Position numbers and translations under genes: made by a program. This document shows, one piece after another, positions 23,819 through 38,300 of a stretch of DNA of 64,000 bases (within the stretch, counting starts at the first letter, position 1; every line of letters starts with the position of its first letter). The notes under the pieces are model-generated. The model had not been told where the DNA came from and ran no database searches. It was given only the letters and a program-made list of their open reading frames with translations. Source of the stretch: Balanoglossus misakiensis (taxonomy: Eukaryota; Animalia; Hemichordata); NCBI GenBank assembly GCA_040954595.2, contig CM082580.2, positions 6,765,519-6,829,518 on the forward strand, read 5' to 3'.

Positions 23819-26800
23819 TCACTCTTTCTCTGAAACTTCCTCTTTTGGAGTTTCATCTTCTTTCTCTCCGCTTTGGTCTGGTTCGTCCGATTGTTCGGGC
23901 GGCAGTTCCGGCACCAGGATGATTTTGCCGACGTTCTTTCTGTCGTGGATTCTTTTCATTGCCTCTCCAACCTGAAAAGTGCGAGAAGGTCAGATTTTGT
24001 CTCAGTGAAAGAGGGGTGTGTGTGTGTGTGTGCGTGTACTTGCATGTGTATGTGTGTGCGTGAATAAGCACAAGTGCACAGGTGTGTGTGCATGACTTGG
24101 CTAAAAGTGCGACTTCAACACTGAATAGCAATCCAGCCAGCATCTAGACCTCACCTTCTCAAAGGGGAACACAGAATCAATCTTGGGTTTGATCTTCCCT
24201 TCTGTGAACATCTGTATCAGCACTTTGGTTCCCTCGGCCAGCATCTCGAACTCCTCCGTCATCATTCCCAGGTGGAATCCGCACACGGCTTTGTTGTCCA
24301 CCATCATGTTCAATCCCTGGAAGGAGGGAATGTTCCACCAGGTTTTGAACATGTTCCAGAGGCTGCGGTTTTCTCCGACGACAAAGTTGGCACCACCTGG
24401 AAGTGTTAGAATTTGCTTGATCAGATTATTTTCACAAGTTCACATTTATCAGTATTCAGACTACAATAGTGTAATTCTGTTGCTGGCTGGCAAGAAACTG
24501 TAATGACCAGTAAAGCATTCTTTTTCCTCTTGATTTACATCTAGACACCACCACGTCGCGAAAACTTACCAAAGACGATGATTCGTCCCATGGGTTTCAG
24601 CAGCTGATATCCTTTTGTGGTGTCCCTTCCATTCAGAGGGTCCAATACGATATCCACCCCTGTGAGGAGAAATATACATTCGGTGAATGAAGAATTATCA
24701 ATGGGTTGAACATGTCGTACTTTAAAGCATTCTTGATTATAACTGTCCTCTCCCTCGCTGATGTTAAGGTGAAATCGGAAGGGTACATCAAAGGTGAGAA
24801 GGCCCTGTCAACTTCCTGTACAATGTTCTTATATCTTCCCAGTAACATTGATCAGTGCTTTGTTTTTATCTACATCCAATCTCCCTTCAATCTCCCCCAT
24901 GCTTCATGAAGTCTTCAACCAATTTCGCCTTCGCAGTAAATACGGACAGCGTCATAAGCCCTGAAGCTACATTGTGACGTCAACGCCCTTTTTAAAGGTG
25001 AACAGTCACTGATCTTACAGATGCACAGATATCGCCCTTTATTGACGACGCACAATCTATATATCTCAGTAAAATATTTCTGTTCCCAAAACATGATCTA
25101 AACTAAGACATAAATGCCAGATTATGACAAAGTGTGACTACACTTGAAATTAAATACTTCAAATGCAACTGACAAATTCCTAGGCTAACAGTTGTCTCAT
25201 GTGTCGTATACCATGCCAGTCAAACTGTGTTTCACATTGAATAAGCACAATTCCAATGAAACTTTTACTTTATTACTCGCATGCTGTGATCTTATCAAAT
25301 AACACCTGCCCCAAGAAAATTCCCATTGCTGTGTGGGTGTAGTGTTTCCAGACATCCCTCTAAAATCCCTTAGTCTGAAAATCTGTCTGCACTAAAAAAA
25401 TTATTTTCTTTACTTTAGGTTTTTAACCTCTAATCTCTCGGGCGTAAATTTTTACTGAGACATGTAAACATAAAAAAGAAATATTTATTATATTTTCATA
25501 TGTTACCACTGACTGGTCACTCAGACAGCATCCTGGGTCAGGATTGATTTCAGAAATAATATTTCAAAACTGTACAGATAAAATTTCACTGACATACTTC
25601 CAACAAAAAAACTGCCACGCTTCAAAGAAATCATGGGAACAGGTTTTTCGCTGAACAGCATGTTGCTTGTGAGGTATGATCATGTGAGTTTCACAGTATG
25701 CCTGAATTTGTCTTGGATTAACTGCCCTGGAAGCAGTGTGTTATCTAAGCCCATGTGACTCTCCACTGACTCAACAAACTCACTGGTGACTCAAAAAACT
25801 TATCCAGAAATACATGCAAAGGTATAGGGCTGACACTCAGAGAAACACACTGACCTTTCGGTGATATTTTGAGGATCTCTTCTTGGTAGTCTTTGGTCCT
25901 GTAGTCGATGGGATGGGTGATACCGTTCTCCTGGATGGCTTCGTGTTTGTGGCGGGAAGCGGTTCCGAACGTGGTCACCTTAGGCACCGTTTTGCACAGC
26001 TGTGCAGCTGCAAAACCCACACCACCTGATATAATAGAAGTACCAAAAACATGTCAGTTTTGCATAAAGATGTATCATGGTCTCCATAGTAATGGCAAAC
26101 CCGGAACTCATTTAAAGTCACCAGAAAATTTATATAACTACTGTTGTTTTAATATTAACCTTTAATCGTTGCCTATAACTTGCTTAAACACAGCCATAAT
26201 GGTTAATATCCTCGGGATTAAATTATGTACATAAGATAATTCTTGATTGGGAGCCTAATTACCAAACTGACTAATATGATAATAAAGCTTAATTTAATTT
26301 GAGTTATCAACCTATCAGGGTTTAAAGGTCATGGATAATAATTTGCTTATATAATCAAAGCTAAATCCTCAAGAGCTGAACCTTTCTGAGTCAGCGTTTC
26401 TCTAAATTCTCTCAATTTCTCTCGGGACTCCCCCCTCCTTGAAATTACACCTTTTACAAACAATATCAGTGTCTTCCTGATAGTATGTCCTCCTGTATGT
26501 GTGGTAATATCAGTTTAATAAACACTTTCTAAGTCAGTGTTTCTCTAAAATATCCCAATTTCTCTCCCCCCCCCCCTTCCTTGAAATATCACCTTTTACA
26601 AACAATATCAGTGTCTTCCTGATAGTATGTCCTCCTGTGTGTGTGGTATCTTAATAAACACTGAGGGCATCTCCACCTAATAAAAATTTAACTACCACTT
26701 GCAAAAGCCGAGCTTACGTTTTGAATGTTTTATAAACAGAGACAATTTACTCATTGGCAGGGTCAATTTACCACGGTGCTGTATTCTACTGTTGTACATA

Positions 26801-27842
26801 CAGTTACCCCCTTGGACATCTTTTATTGTATTCTCCAGACACCCTAAACCCTGAATGGTGGAATGGAGATATCTTTAGTGGTACTAGTAAATGTCCAGGG
26901 GGTTTGACTGTCATGATACCATTATTTCTCCACTGAGAACTCACATAACATCTAGAGTTTCTATTCCATTGTAAACTGGCGATCACGGTTTTGTTGGCAT
27001 CTAAATGTATTATTTGCACATTCAAATATCATTTTACATTTTTGTACACATTTTTATCCAGGCGTGACACTCCCCATATACATGCACACAGCATAATCAC
27101 ACTAAAATAACTTGGAATAGTTCATTGAAACTAGAATCATTATCACAATGATAAAAGATAACATTGCTGGAGATTTAATTTCTGTTATCTTTTTCATTTG
27201 AATATGTTATCTTTTCAAACAAGGAAAAGACAACATAAAGTGCTAGACATTCCACAAATAAATAGTTCTTCCAGCTGTCGCAATACATGTATTTTTACTT
27301 TCCATATTTCCATCGATATATACCAAATGATAAAGCAGCATTTTTTTTCTAATATGACCTTTGAACTCACCTGCAGCCATATGGATGAGCACACTTTTCC
27401 CCGGACGCAAGTTGCCAAAATCAAAGAGCATAAAATATGCAGTGAGGTAGTTGACAGGGATAGCTGCTGCTTCCTCAAAAGTCATCTCATCCGGAATCGG
27501 GAAACAATTCCTGGCCGGCAGGGTTGCATATTCCGTCCACAAACCCCAGGAATTCAAACACATCACACGGGTTCCAACCTGATTGATACAAAAACAGTGA
27601 TGGTGATTGGTAGTCAAAAAATAGACAAGCATATGGTGTCCTTGATTTCAATGGCATATGTGATGACTGGTGTGATTGCAAAACTTGCATTGACATATGA
27701 GAAGCAATCTTTTTTTCATGGCCATTTATCAGTGAGGCAATAAAGATTTTTCACTTCTAGCTCATTAAAATTTGGACTGGATTATCACTTACTTTTCAGA
27801 ATTTCCTTTTTTAATTTTAGATTTTGGTTTTTATTCCATAAT

Positions 27843-27929
<87 letters not shown>

Positions 27930-28773
27930 CGACGACCATGGCGACAATACATCTATAAATGAGTGGCCATAAAAAGATTATACATACATGTAATGGTAAT
28001 TTTGAGGCATTTTCAGATTGACTGTGATTTAAGACTGTGGTGTATAATAAGGTTCACAGTACAAATATTGTACATGTACCATAGCTACAATTTGCTCTAT
28101 CTATCTGGGTTCACCCATGTGTCACAGCATCAAATATGCGTACAATGTGTACCATGGTCAGAGGGTAAAGTGCACGACACACCACCGCGAGCATATGATA
28201 CATCATTGATTCAGATCAAGAAAGTCTGATGGTGTGATTTAATGAAAAATCTAAACCTCTACATTATTTTATAACTAAACATCAAACACAATCGTTTGTT
28301 ATTTGCTTAATTCATTCTAGTCAAAATATTGGCCATGACGAAGATCTAAAAATAACATTTTTCATCATGAGTGACACGCCCTCTCGGAAATGATAAAGAT
28401 GTACCTGTGCATGTGAACTGCGAGAGGGAGCCACGAATATTACAGTGCAAACTCATTGAAGGGATTCGCAATGAATGTTTACCTTGGGTTCTGTGACACC
28501 GGGTCCCAGTTTGTAAACAACCCCTGAACATTCCAGACCAAGAACTATCGGTAGAGTTGGCAACTTTTGGTACAATCCTTGTCGAGCCGACACTTCTGCG
28601 AAATTTAGTCCGCATGCTTTAACTTGCACGATGACTTCGCCCTCCTTTGGCTCTTGAATTTGACGCTGCCATGTTTGCAGTTTGTCGTAACCGCCAAACG
28701 CAACAAGTACTATAGTCTTCGACAACTTATCCGTTGCAGATGACGAGGGTTCGTCTTGGTGCTTCTCCGCCAT
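23819..28773 (-). CDS. VAT1: Synaptic vesicle membrane protein VAT-1 homolog (MDR/quinone oxidoreductase family), 384 aa, 6 exons
   Basis: Exons 28773-28483, 27578-27371, 26025-25855, 24659-24570, 24396-24155 and 23971-23819 (TGA) total 1155 nt in frame. Motifs: FGGYDKL, VKACGLNFAE, GLECSGVV, AAAIPVNYLTAYFMLFDFGNLRPGKSVLIHMAAGGVG, GVDIVLDPL, NKAVCGFHLG, KIKPKIDSVFPFE, RKNVGKIILVP. Confidence 0.95.
26383..26661. repeat. Two-copy tandem duplication, ~140-bp unit, VAT1 intron 2
   Basis: Units 26383-26525 and 26526-26661 share the identical core CACCTTTTACAAACAATATCAGTGTCTTCCTGATAGTATGTCCTCCTGT. Confidence 0.9.
27844..27936. repeat. (GAT)28(GAC)3 microsatellite in VAT1 intron 1
   Basis: Pure trinucleotide run read directly. 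Confidence 0.97.
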
Positions 28774-29313
28774 TTTGCTAGCCTATCTATCAGGTGACTT
28801 TAGGTTGACCTCAAAGGTCAATGACCGGTCAACCAAATATAAAACATGTACATCCATTTGGAAGGGTTGCGATAGTTACACGCATTTTGCTTAATGTATG
28901 TCAGTTTTAATAGCGAAAGAAGATGCTGATTTTAATATTTTCTATATTGTGCAGAACCACACGACAGCGATCGACGACAAAAACCACTGAACGCGTCTGG
29001 GCTGCGCGTTTGTAAATATAGCGTGCCCCCTTTTTAGAAAGTGACATCATATTACCATATTTGGGCATGGTAGGCGTCAAATCGATATGTAAATTAAACA
29101 TGAGCTGGTAGTGGATTGGTCAGCTTCCGAAAGCTTCGCCGTACTGCTAACAACAGACTTGCGTCAATTACAGCAGTCGTGTTTCCGTGAACGATCAAAG
29201 AACATCGTAGTCTAACTATCTGTTCAGGCACCGTCCACTGTGGTTCAGGTGGTGACACAGAAAGGAGCAACAAAATTACGTTTGAATGAAGTAGCCGTTG
29301 GAAACTTTTCAGC
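28774..29313. promoter_or_regulatory. Bidirectional promoter region shared by VAT1 and Rnd
   Basis: 540 bp between divergent ATGs. Locally CpG-rich, with CCAAT (GATTGG at ~29114), clustered TGACC/GGTCA half-sites (28803-28833) and a TCAGGTGAC E-box-like site (~28790). Confidence 0.65.
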
Positions 29314-32300
29314 ATGGCCTATCGACGATCGGTGGTAATGGAACGAACAGCCTGTAAAATTGTTCTCGCAGGCGACGCTCGGTGTGGGAAGACGGCGATG
29401 CTGAACGTTTTCGTCAAAGAATATTTTCCAGAGGTAAAAAATCTAATGTTTTGATGTTTGTGCTTGCAACTTTAGGTTATTGCAAATAATTGAATAATTG
29501 CCTTATACTTTATATTTCTTTGATGCAAAGTTTAAAAAAGGCGTAATGTGATGTAACATGTTTACATCTTTTAACATACAATGTGACAACTTTTCTTTTC
29601 ATCCAAAGTCGATTTGCATTTATAGGGAAAGGCATTATATACATGACATTGTATAATGATAATAGATGTCCTCTGTCGACTAAAACTTTAAAACACGATA
29701 CAGCGTTGTTCAATTGGTTACAAGGAAGTTAAGAAATATACCATTTCGCAACCATATTCGAAAATGATGAAACTGTATCAGATGCATTTCGGTTGCTAAG
29801 TAATCGTTGTGTTTGTGCTGGTACATCATCGCGATTATGAAATTTTGTCCTCGCTTTCGCAGGTTTACAGCCCGACGATCTTTGACAACCAGACGACAGC
29901 TTTCGACGTCGAGAAATATCGAATTGATCTCAGTATTTGGGACACATCAGGTAAGAGCTGGAGTGCGCGAACCGGAATCATGACTCAGGTTTTGAACAAT
30001 GCACACAGCGTGTATTCACGACATCGACCCGGACGCGCGTACGCGGTGTCAGCGTTCAGCCGTGTCGACACCGGCGCGACACGGACAGACTGGCTGTCGT
30101 GCGATTTTGTATGGATTCATTGGTGTTTAGACAGCTTTCCTTTCCGTTGGTCACGCGTGTTTCCCAGGATGGCTCGTGTCTGTCTGAAAGTGTAAAATAA
30201 TCATCTTTTCTTTCAAAATATCGGAAATAACTCGCTTTCAGTGCGACCAGCTCCGAAAATGGTCATTTACGTTTACCCCCCCCCCCCAAAAAAAAAAAAA
30301 TACACCTCACACCACAAGTCATGTGCAGAAGAGAAGCCATTTGCTGAAGCTTAAATTTTAATTGGCTGGCAAACAACAGCTTAACCCTCACAAGCTTAGT
30401 TTTGAAAATGTGGCAGTATTACTTTTTTTCTCTCTGATACCTAGCAAAGTTTTATCTCCCATGCTAAAATGTAATGATTTTTTATTGTCCGGGTGTAAAA
30501 TGTAATTTAACAGTCCAGACATTGTAGTAGATTGAAATAGTGGACATTAATACAGACAAGATTGTTTCCTAACATAGGTACCAAAAGGCCTCATTAGAAT
30601 ACCTTTTGTTTTTAGTGAAACAGCTGTTACTCCATTGTTTCAACGTTTTCCCTGCCTCTTCAAAGTTGAGGTTTTTTCTTGGGATTATACTCTGCAAATA
30701 AATCACTCTTTTGTAGTCTGGGTTTTGCAGTTTCCAGAAATGACAAAAGGGTGCATACCACATTTGCCTGGGGTTGGGTGGGTGGGTGGTGAGGGTAAGG
30801 AAAGTTCAAGGGCGATGCATCTCTAAATTTAGTAAGCCGTTAATTATAAATGTGTTCAAAAGAACAGGTTCTGTCTCCTTGAACTCCTAAATTTTGTATG
30901 GATTTTTTTAGGGGTCCAGTATTAGTAGATTCCTCAGATAATGAAGTGTCTCAGACTGGGCAGTTTCCATTCTTGTGGTACTAGCCTGGCATTCCGGCAA
31001 ATTTCTTCATGCCACAATTTTTAACCCCGATTTGACCGTTTCCATGTACAGTAGCTAGTTCCGGGCGGTGATATCGGGAGTGTGAGGAATTTCGCGATTA
31101 CAGACAGTTTCTTCGGAAAACATTCTGGAAGACGCAATTGCGGAAGTTTCGACGTGCCAGGCTAAAGAGTGTGGTATGCGGTGAAGAAATCCAACCGGGA
31201 AGAACGGTGTCTGCCTCCGTGGCATCCAATTTTGGCAGTTGATTTCAGTGAAAAGTGCGTCATAGTTACCGAAATGGCGCGACGGGTCTCCGGGACTGTG
31301 GGTAATACGAGCCATAAGTGAGATTGTTATTGGGCGGAATTACATATAGTGTTTCACCAAATGTTTTGGTTGAGGAGGAGTGCGTGGACAACCTTTAACA
31401 ATTTAATTGGCATACCACCGGCTTTGGAAAAGATACTTCTTAGAAAGAGACCACACCATACAAGTTCAAGCGACAACTTCACATCTGCACTTTTCAATCT
31501 TCCCAAGTCCTGTGTTTGCCAAGTTCATGTGTAAAAACAAATAACCAGTTTGAGTTGGGGCAGCTATCTGTGCTAAACCAATAAATACTGTAGCCTTGGA
31601 TTATTTTATTTGGAGATTGTGTGTTAATAGACACAGCAGTTTGCTGATTGTTCTTGAAGAGATTAGGGTGATTGTGAAGGGGGCTTATAAATGAAGTCCA
31701 AATTATCATATTAATTTGTGAACAGAAGAGATACTTATCTGCTTGCATGTTATTGGGTGATAATTATTATTAGAGTACTTGGTGGCCATGGCTTTGTTTG
31801 ATTAGTGTAAATATATAAAATGGGTAGCATTTAGCCAGTGTTTAGTTGTAGGGTGAGAAAAGTTGGACTAGCTTCTGTGCACAGATACGGCAATTAACAA
31901 ACTCCAGAAGCATGAGAGATTGAGCTGTCCGTTACCCGTTCTCTGGAAAGGTTGAGATCATAGTCGGGGTCAATTTCAGCGCAGCTCTTTCTGGTTGATT
32001 TCCCTTGTCATTCAATAACCTGTCCTTGCAGGCTAAGCTGTAACTCACATGGGATTTGGCGGTCAGAATTAAGTGACGGGGCTGGATTGAACTGGACCAA
32101 GAAGTCAGATTACTCATGATATAAAAGTGAAAACTTAATAAAAACATGATCTTGTTGACTCAGATGATATCTTTACCAGTTAGTAACAGTGTTATAGAAC
32201 CAGAATCAGCTTGTTCCTGGATGTTATACTACTGGATGATCAAGTTCACAATATCTAGAGAATGGATTAGGGCTTTGTTTAGAAATGAACCATTAAAATC

Positions 32301-35300
32301 AATTGATTTACTTAATTACTTAAGGTGGATCTTATTTTAAATTCTATTTAAGCAAAACTCTGTAATCAGCAGAGAAATAAATCTACAATCCCTCCTGGGA
32401 TGTGGGATTTGCGGAGCTGATACAATGGCGAGCCCAGTGCATTCACAATGGCAGGAAGTTGTAACCCCAGCACGCTCTATACAGGTGACAATAGAGTAGC
32501 TCTGACCCGGCCTATTGGTCAGCAAAGGGGACAGTCACCACGCCCTGTTTGTCAGCCCTGGCTGTGAATCACTCCGGTTGTTCACCTTAATTGTCCAACT
32601 ATTAAAACATTGATTAGTCTTCCCTGTGATGTAAATGCATGAAAAGTGAACTAGTCATTTGCCCAGTGTTCAATTTAATGCGTGAATGTTCATACAAAGG
32701 GTGGCTGTCAATGAGGAGATAAGCTGTTGTGTTGGTCCATTCTGGCTGAGCTGGGGGGAATCTGTCAACCACTAAAACACTTCAAAAATAAATTTAAGGG
32801 ATTTGGTGCATGATGTACCCAAGGGAATAAAAAGGATTAATGAAACGGCTATTATATTTTTTATCTCAAATGTGGTTGGAATATCAACTATAAAAACTCT
32901 GAAATGTTCCAAAAATTTCAGAAGATGCACCCTGCAAGAGATTTGGAAAGCATGGTAGTTGAGCATTTTTGTCTAGTATGTCGTTACATTCAGTGGACTT
33001 TTTTTTTCAAAATTTACCACTGCTTTATTTGCTTTAGTCCGTGCATGTCTGGCAGCTCAAATTTTTCCGTCCAGCTTTGCAAATAGTAAAGCTTTCATTT
33101 CTTACATCAAAGCGTTGAGTCATGGAAGAATCGGGTCTTTGAAAGTTGTTGTGACGCGGGGAGAAAATGGCTGAGCCGCAGACAAAAAGCGCATCTACGT
33201 GTCTGGCATCGGAACAGGTCTTTCTTTGTCTTGTGATTCCAATGTTCCGGCACCGACATGTGACCTCCGACATCCAGTATTATGACGTACGACGGGCACG
33301 AGTTTACGACACAATGTGGCATATCCTGAAAAATCATAAAAATCAACCAGCGGAAAATAAACGCTTGAGATGTCTGCGATCGAAAATGCTTTTTTGGAGA
33401 CCGTGTGGTGATGATGATGGTTTTTACAGTCATGAATCATAGAAGCCACATTGTCTTCAAAATGCCACAGTTTTTACTGTAAAAATTACATCATCAGTGA
33501 CTTTAAATGTATTTTCAAGTGCTGTATTCACTTTGTGATGTTGAAACATTGGCTCTTCCAAGCCAGAGCTGTGAAATCCTAAATAATAGTGAATCTATGT
33601 GCTGTGTGTGATATTTGAAAATCTTTACAGTTTAACTGTCTGTGGTAATACAATATATCTTATATTTATTCAAATATTCTCAGTAACAAGTGTAGTTCAG
33701 GATTCAGCAAGACCCTAGATCCACACTCCCTCATGGTTCGACACTATTGTGTTGAGAAAGATGTTTAATTTTCACACCGACACAATAGCTCATAGCTAAT
33801 TGACTCCAGTTGCCATGGAAATTAACAGGGCTGGTGCCATTGTATTTAACAACTGCAAATGGGTTTCTAAACTTATTCCTTTCATCTCGTTCAGCCACCC
33901 AAAACCGATGGGCTTTATTAAACCGTTCAACTCTTTTTAGACACATCAGAGGAATTGTACTGCATTTTGTTATTGCAAGTATTACCCAGGGGTGTTTTAA
34001 TGTTATGCAAATCCAAGAGAGGTGTTTTATACCATACATTGTAATACATGTAACCATTGTTCATTATAGCTTAGGAAATTATAATTTGAATACAATTGCA
34101 ACCCAGCGTATTTTTAAAAAATAAATGAATTATGGATTGAGCATAGTTGGTTGTGTAATTGAAGTGGCCGCTATGTATAGTAACATTTGTCTGTCTACAA
34201 ATTGATTGCTGCACTGCAAAGAAAGTTTGAATTTAACTTCTAAGGGGCATAACTGTGATTGCTTTGTAATGGGTTGTCTGATGGATGTTGGGTAATTGGT
34301 GTTTTTTGCCCTGTGAGTGTAACATACATTTTATTTGTGTACTTAGGACATTCATGACGAGCTGTTTCTCTTTATCCTTTAAGCTCCCGCTAGAAATGCA
34401 GTAATGTCGCTGTAAATATGAATTAAATTTCCATATTGTATAGGAGTCTTCTATCACACCACCATTTTTTCCCCAGAAGATCATTGTACATGTAGCTGAG
34501 CCTCAGTTTTTGAGATAAGATATTCAGTATAATTAAAATCCATTTTAATGATGATGACAGTTCAAAATTTCCAGACTAACATTTTGCCCTTCTGTTTTAC
34601 AGGATGTTCTGAGTATGACACGGTCAGACCCCTTGCATTTGGTGAATGTGACTGCGTTGTCATCTGCTATGAGATCAGTCTCCCAGAATCACTGGACAAT
34701 GTCGTGCAGAAGGTGGGTAAACTGGTGTTAAATGCTGTCACGTACATACACATGCACACACACATTTGAATTATGTGTTCTGCACAAACTACCGTAAAAC
34801 GGGTTATTTTCGCAGGCAATAAATTTTCGCGAAATACTCAAGAGCCAGAGATAACGATGCAGTTAGTGAAATACAAGAACACCAAAATTAAACCTCGCGT
34901 AACAATTGCCTCTTTTGATATCACGGAAATTTCCTGTCACGAAAATAACCCGTTTTACAGTATATTCTCTCAATTACATCGTCACTGCCGGTAACAGTGC
35001 TTGTTCTGTGGGAAGTTCAATCAATGCTTGACCGCACGGTTTCTCCGTCACTAATACCCTATGGGCACATACATGCTTTGTGTATCTGCCAAGGGACGGG
35101 CAGACTGCAAAACAAAACCTTGAAGTTAAATGCATGCATAATTCCCCTGGGTGTTATAAAACATCGGGACCTTGAGTTTTTGAAAGCAGTGCATGCTTAG
35201 GTAACAGGGTAACTGTAAACACCACAGTCTAAACCGCACATTCCATCCCTCTCTCCCTCCCCCTGCTATCTATGTTATGGGCATTGGACTTTCCAGATCC

Positions 35301-38300
35301 AGGGGCATTTAATCTGAACTTATCAAAGTCAGACACAGAAGCTTAGAGCCGGGATTTAAAATGTCCTTCCTCTCTCAATAGACAACCGTAATCCAATTGA
35401 TAGTGTGCTTTGTGTATCACTCATTGGTCTTTTTTCAGAAATAAGGACTTCACTTTTGTGATATGGAAATTGCCGTTCTTCTCATATTATAGAAATGTAT
35501 AGATGTGGGACCTGGGATTTTATTGAACCTGAGTTTGCCCTTTCTCCATCATTCAATGCTTCCTTCAGATTTTGACCGTGAAATTGAAGTGCCATAAACT
35601 TGACCCATGAAAATGGGCATTGATGGATGGTGATAAGATTACCAAGTTCATCATACTCCTGAGGGTCAAGTGTTTGCTCATGGTTCTACCAATACTCAAC
35701 TTCTCATCAGAGAGACTTGCTGTAACGCAGACAAAAAAAAAAACTAACAGAATTTCAACAAATAAGCGGGATCGTAACCAAACAGGTTTGAATTTACCTT
35801 GAGTGTTAAATCTCAAAAGCACATGTTTGGCACGTGTTTGGTCTGCAAACTTTCACTGGCATTGTCTACGGGACATACCAGACATTCCGCTCTGTTAAAG
35901 GAAGGTGGTGAGATTAGTGACATCCAATCGTGTTGTCATGGCAGCAGAGGACAGTCCATTGATGGATTGATTGAGATTTATGGTGTTTTTGACGAAAACA
36001 CTCCAATGGAGAAGGTGACTTGTAATATAAATTAGGAGATGCTCTGTTCATGTGCATCGAATACCAGGGTTGCGTAAAATGTAAATGCATTTCACCGTGA
36101 CTGGACTGGTGGTATTTCTCATCTCACGTGTTCACAGGTGTGAGGACTTATGTCTGTTGGCGTGGTGACTCTACATATCAAACTTAAGTCAGATTTAGTG
36201 CTCAGATTTTGTTGGTCGTGGCTTGCATATCTGCAAATCAGTCAAAAGAGGATTAATAAATGAAGTTATCAAAGATTACTTTTTTTCTGACCATGGTTGT
36301 CGAGCACAGTGACAGTATTGGCCTAGACAGTTTTGATGAAACTTACAGACAGTAAACTCTCAAGGTTATGATGGTAGTATGTTATGTAAATTACTTATCC
36401 ATATGCAATCCATATGCATATTTAATTATTTTTTTATAATAAGTGACATATTTCTGAAATGACCTCTCATAATGAAAGGTAGCCACAAAGAGGCATATTT
36501 GAAACTTTTTACGTTTTGTCCAGATTTTTTGACAGAATCCATTCTGGAATTTTCCCACAGTGAAGCTAGTAATGACAACCTGTCTTTGCAGTCCAACAGT
36601 TACCATGGTAAACTTGTAAACTAGGAAAAGCCTTGTTTTCCTGAAATCATCCATTTTCACAGTGACATTCTGTTCCTTATATAATGCTTGTCATGACAAA
36701 TGACCACATTTCCACTAATTCCCTACTTACAAATTACTCTGTCTTGTTTGATCTCTTTGTAATTGGATTTTTCTTCAACTAGCAAATGTTTCCATTCCTG
36801 TGCAAATTCCGGAGCTAACGTGGTTTACCATCTGTTGAAAGCTAAAGCATGTACTAGCTTCTACGTCAAACTTTTCTTTTCAAGGGCTGATCTGGAGAAA
36901 AATGTTAATTCTTTGCAAGATAATCTTATTGTTTCAAAGTCTTATAAATCCTACCATTGTAAATCACTAGAAGATAAAAGGAATGGTTTCATGACAACTG
37001 TAATACATGTGATTTGAGTAATACTCAGGATATGTGGGTTTTCTGAGTAGAGCTGCATGCATCATCCATGTACCTACAATCTCCTACTCCAAGTTTAATG
37101 GTTCAGTCACAGTAGGGTGCTAATTACCTGATAAAATATTGACAGATAGTCTGGGCCATTTCAGCCCAACTTGCTAGATAACAAATGATAAACCACTGAT
37201 CATGGACATGTACTAACTTTGTACTGTCAACACCACCAACTGTGCAGTGTTGGTTTTTGTTCTGTGGATGACCTGTGAAATGAACTGAGGCTTGTGTACA
37301 CAGCAGATTGCGTTTGTTGAACTCCAGATCGTTGAGATTGCAAGAGACTTTCAACTGGCCTCTAGTCAGTAGCGAGAGAAGAAGAAAAATATCTATGAAA
37401 CGACAAATCCTGTTTATTGTGACCTTATCATTGCTGGGCAATTAGGGAATCAAGAATTTCTCTGACATGAGGGAACTCGGTTCGGAAAGGAAATGGGGGG
37501 TCACGCGCATTGTGAGGTTGCCCAGGGCCGGCAGGATGTTCCCCATTGGAAATGCTATTTCTCTTCCTGTTGATGTGTTCTTTGGCGTTGAGGGAAAGAG
37601 ACCAGTGGATTGAAACTGGTGTAAACAAAGTAGGACCTTTGTCGACTGTTGAATGTTTTATTTTGCAAACCTCGTGGCATTACATCATGGAAGTTGGAAT
37701 GTACATAAATCTGTCAGTTCCTAAAAACTCGTTCAGTGTTGATCTTCATCAACAACAACATGTTGATCATGTATACTATGCAACTAGTCGGAATCTACTT
37801 GTATAAATTTCAGCAAGAGACCTGGGCACTTTAATCTTGAATACCTCTTGTGATTTATGAGAATTTTTTTATTTGCATGGAATAGTTTCTTTGATGTACT
37901 TCACAATTGACGACGCTCTTGCACAACAATTGACTACAATGCATGGTGTCGTTCAATTCGTACGTCTCGTGAAGGGTACTCTGGTTTCACCGCAAAGCAC
38001 GTCCAAATACAAAGCATTGTAATAGTGCAGTGCATTAAAGGGGATTTCAGCTTTTGTCAAGTAAACCAGTAATACACAGAACAGCTGCTTTAAGTGACAG
38101 GGGGATTATGAAAAAAGCGAGAGACTGTATAAGAGATGGGAAGAAAAGGTTTTGGGTGTGGTGTGGTGTTCTGGTCGCGATAAGTTTGTACGTAGATTGA
38201 AGCACTATCCAGCAGCTCAATTGTATTCTTCGGGTGACAAAGCGGAGGGGCCGTGCACCTGTTGAATAGCAAGTCAAGTCACCCCTACCAAGTTACAGTA

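Noticed and set aside
24993-25520. Possible TTAA-flanked (Kolobok-like) element in VAT1 intron 3
   Set aside because: Only a partial right-hand inverted repeat and no second TTAA; insufficient support.
27772-27972. 66-aa ORF with a poly-Asp tract
   Set aside because: It is only the translation of an intronic (GAT)n microsatellite, antisense to VAT1.
33034-33449. Four overlapping 79-108 aa ORFs in Rnd intron 2
   Set aside because: No recognisable domain or splice context. It looks like a CpG-richer repeat remnant, but I could not define matching termini.
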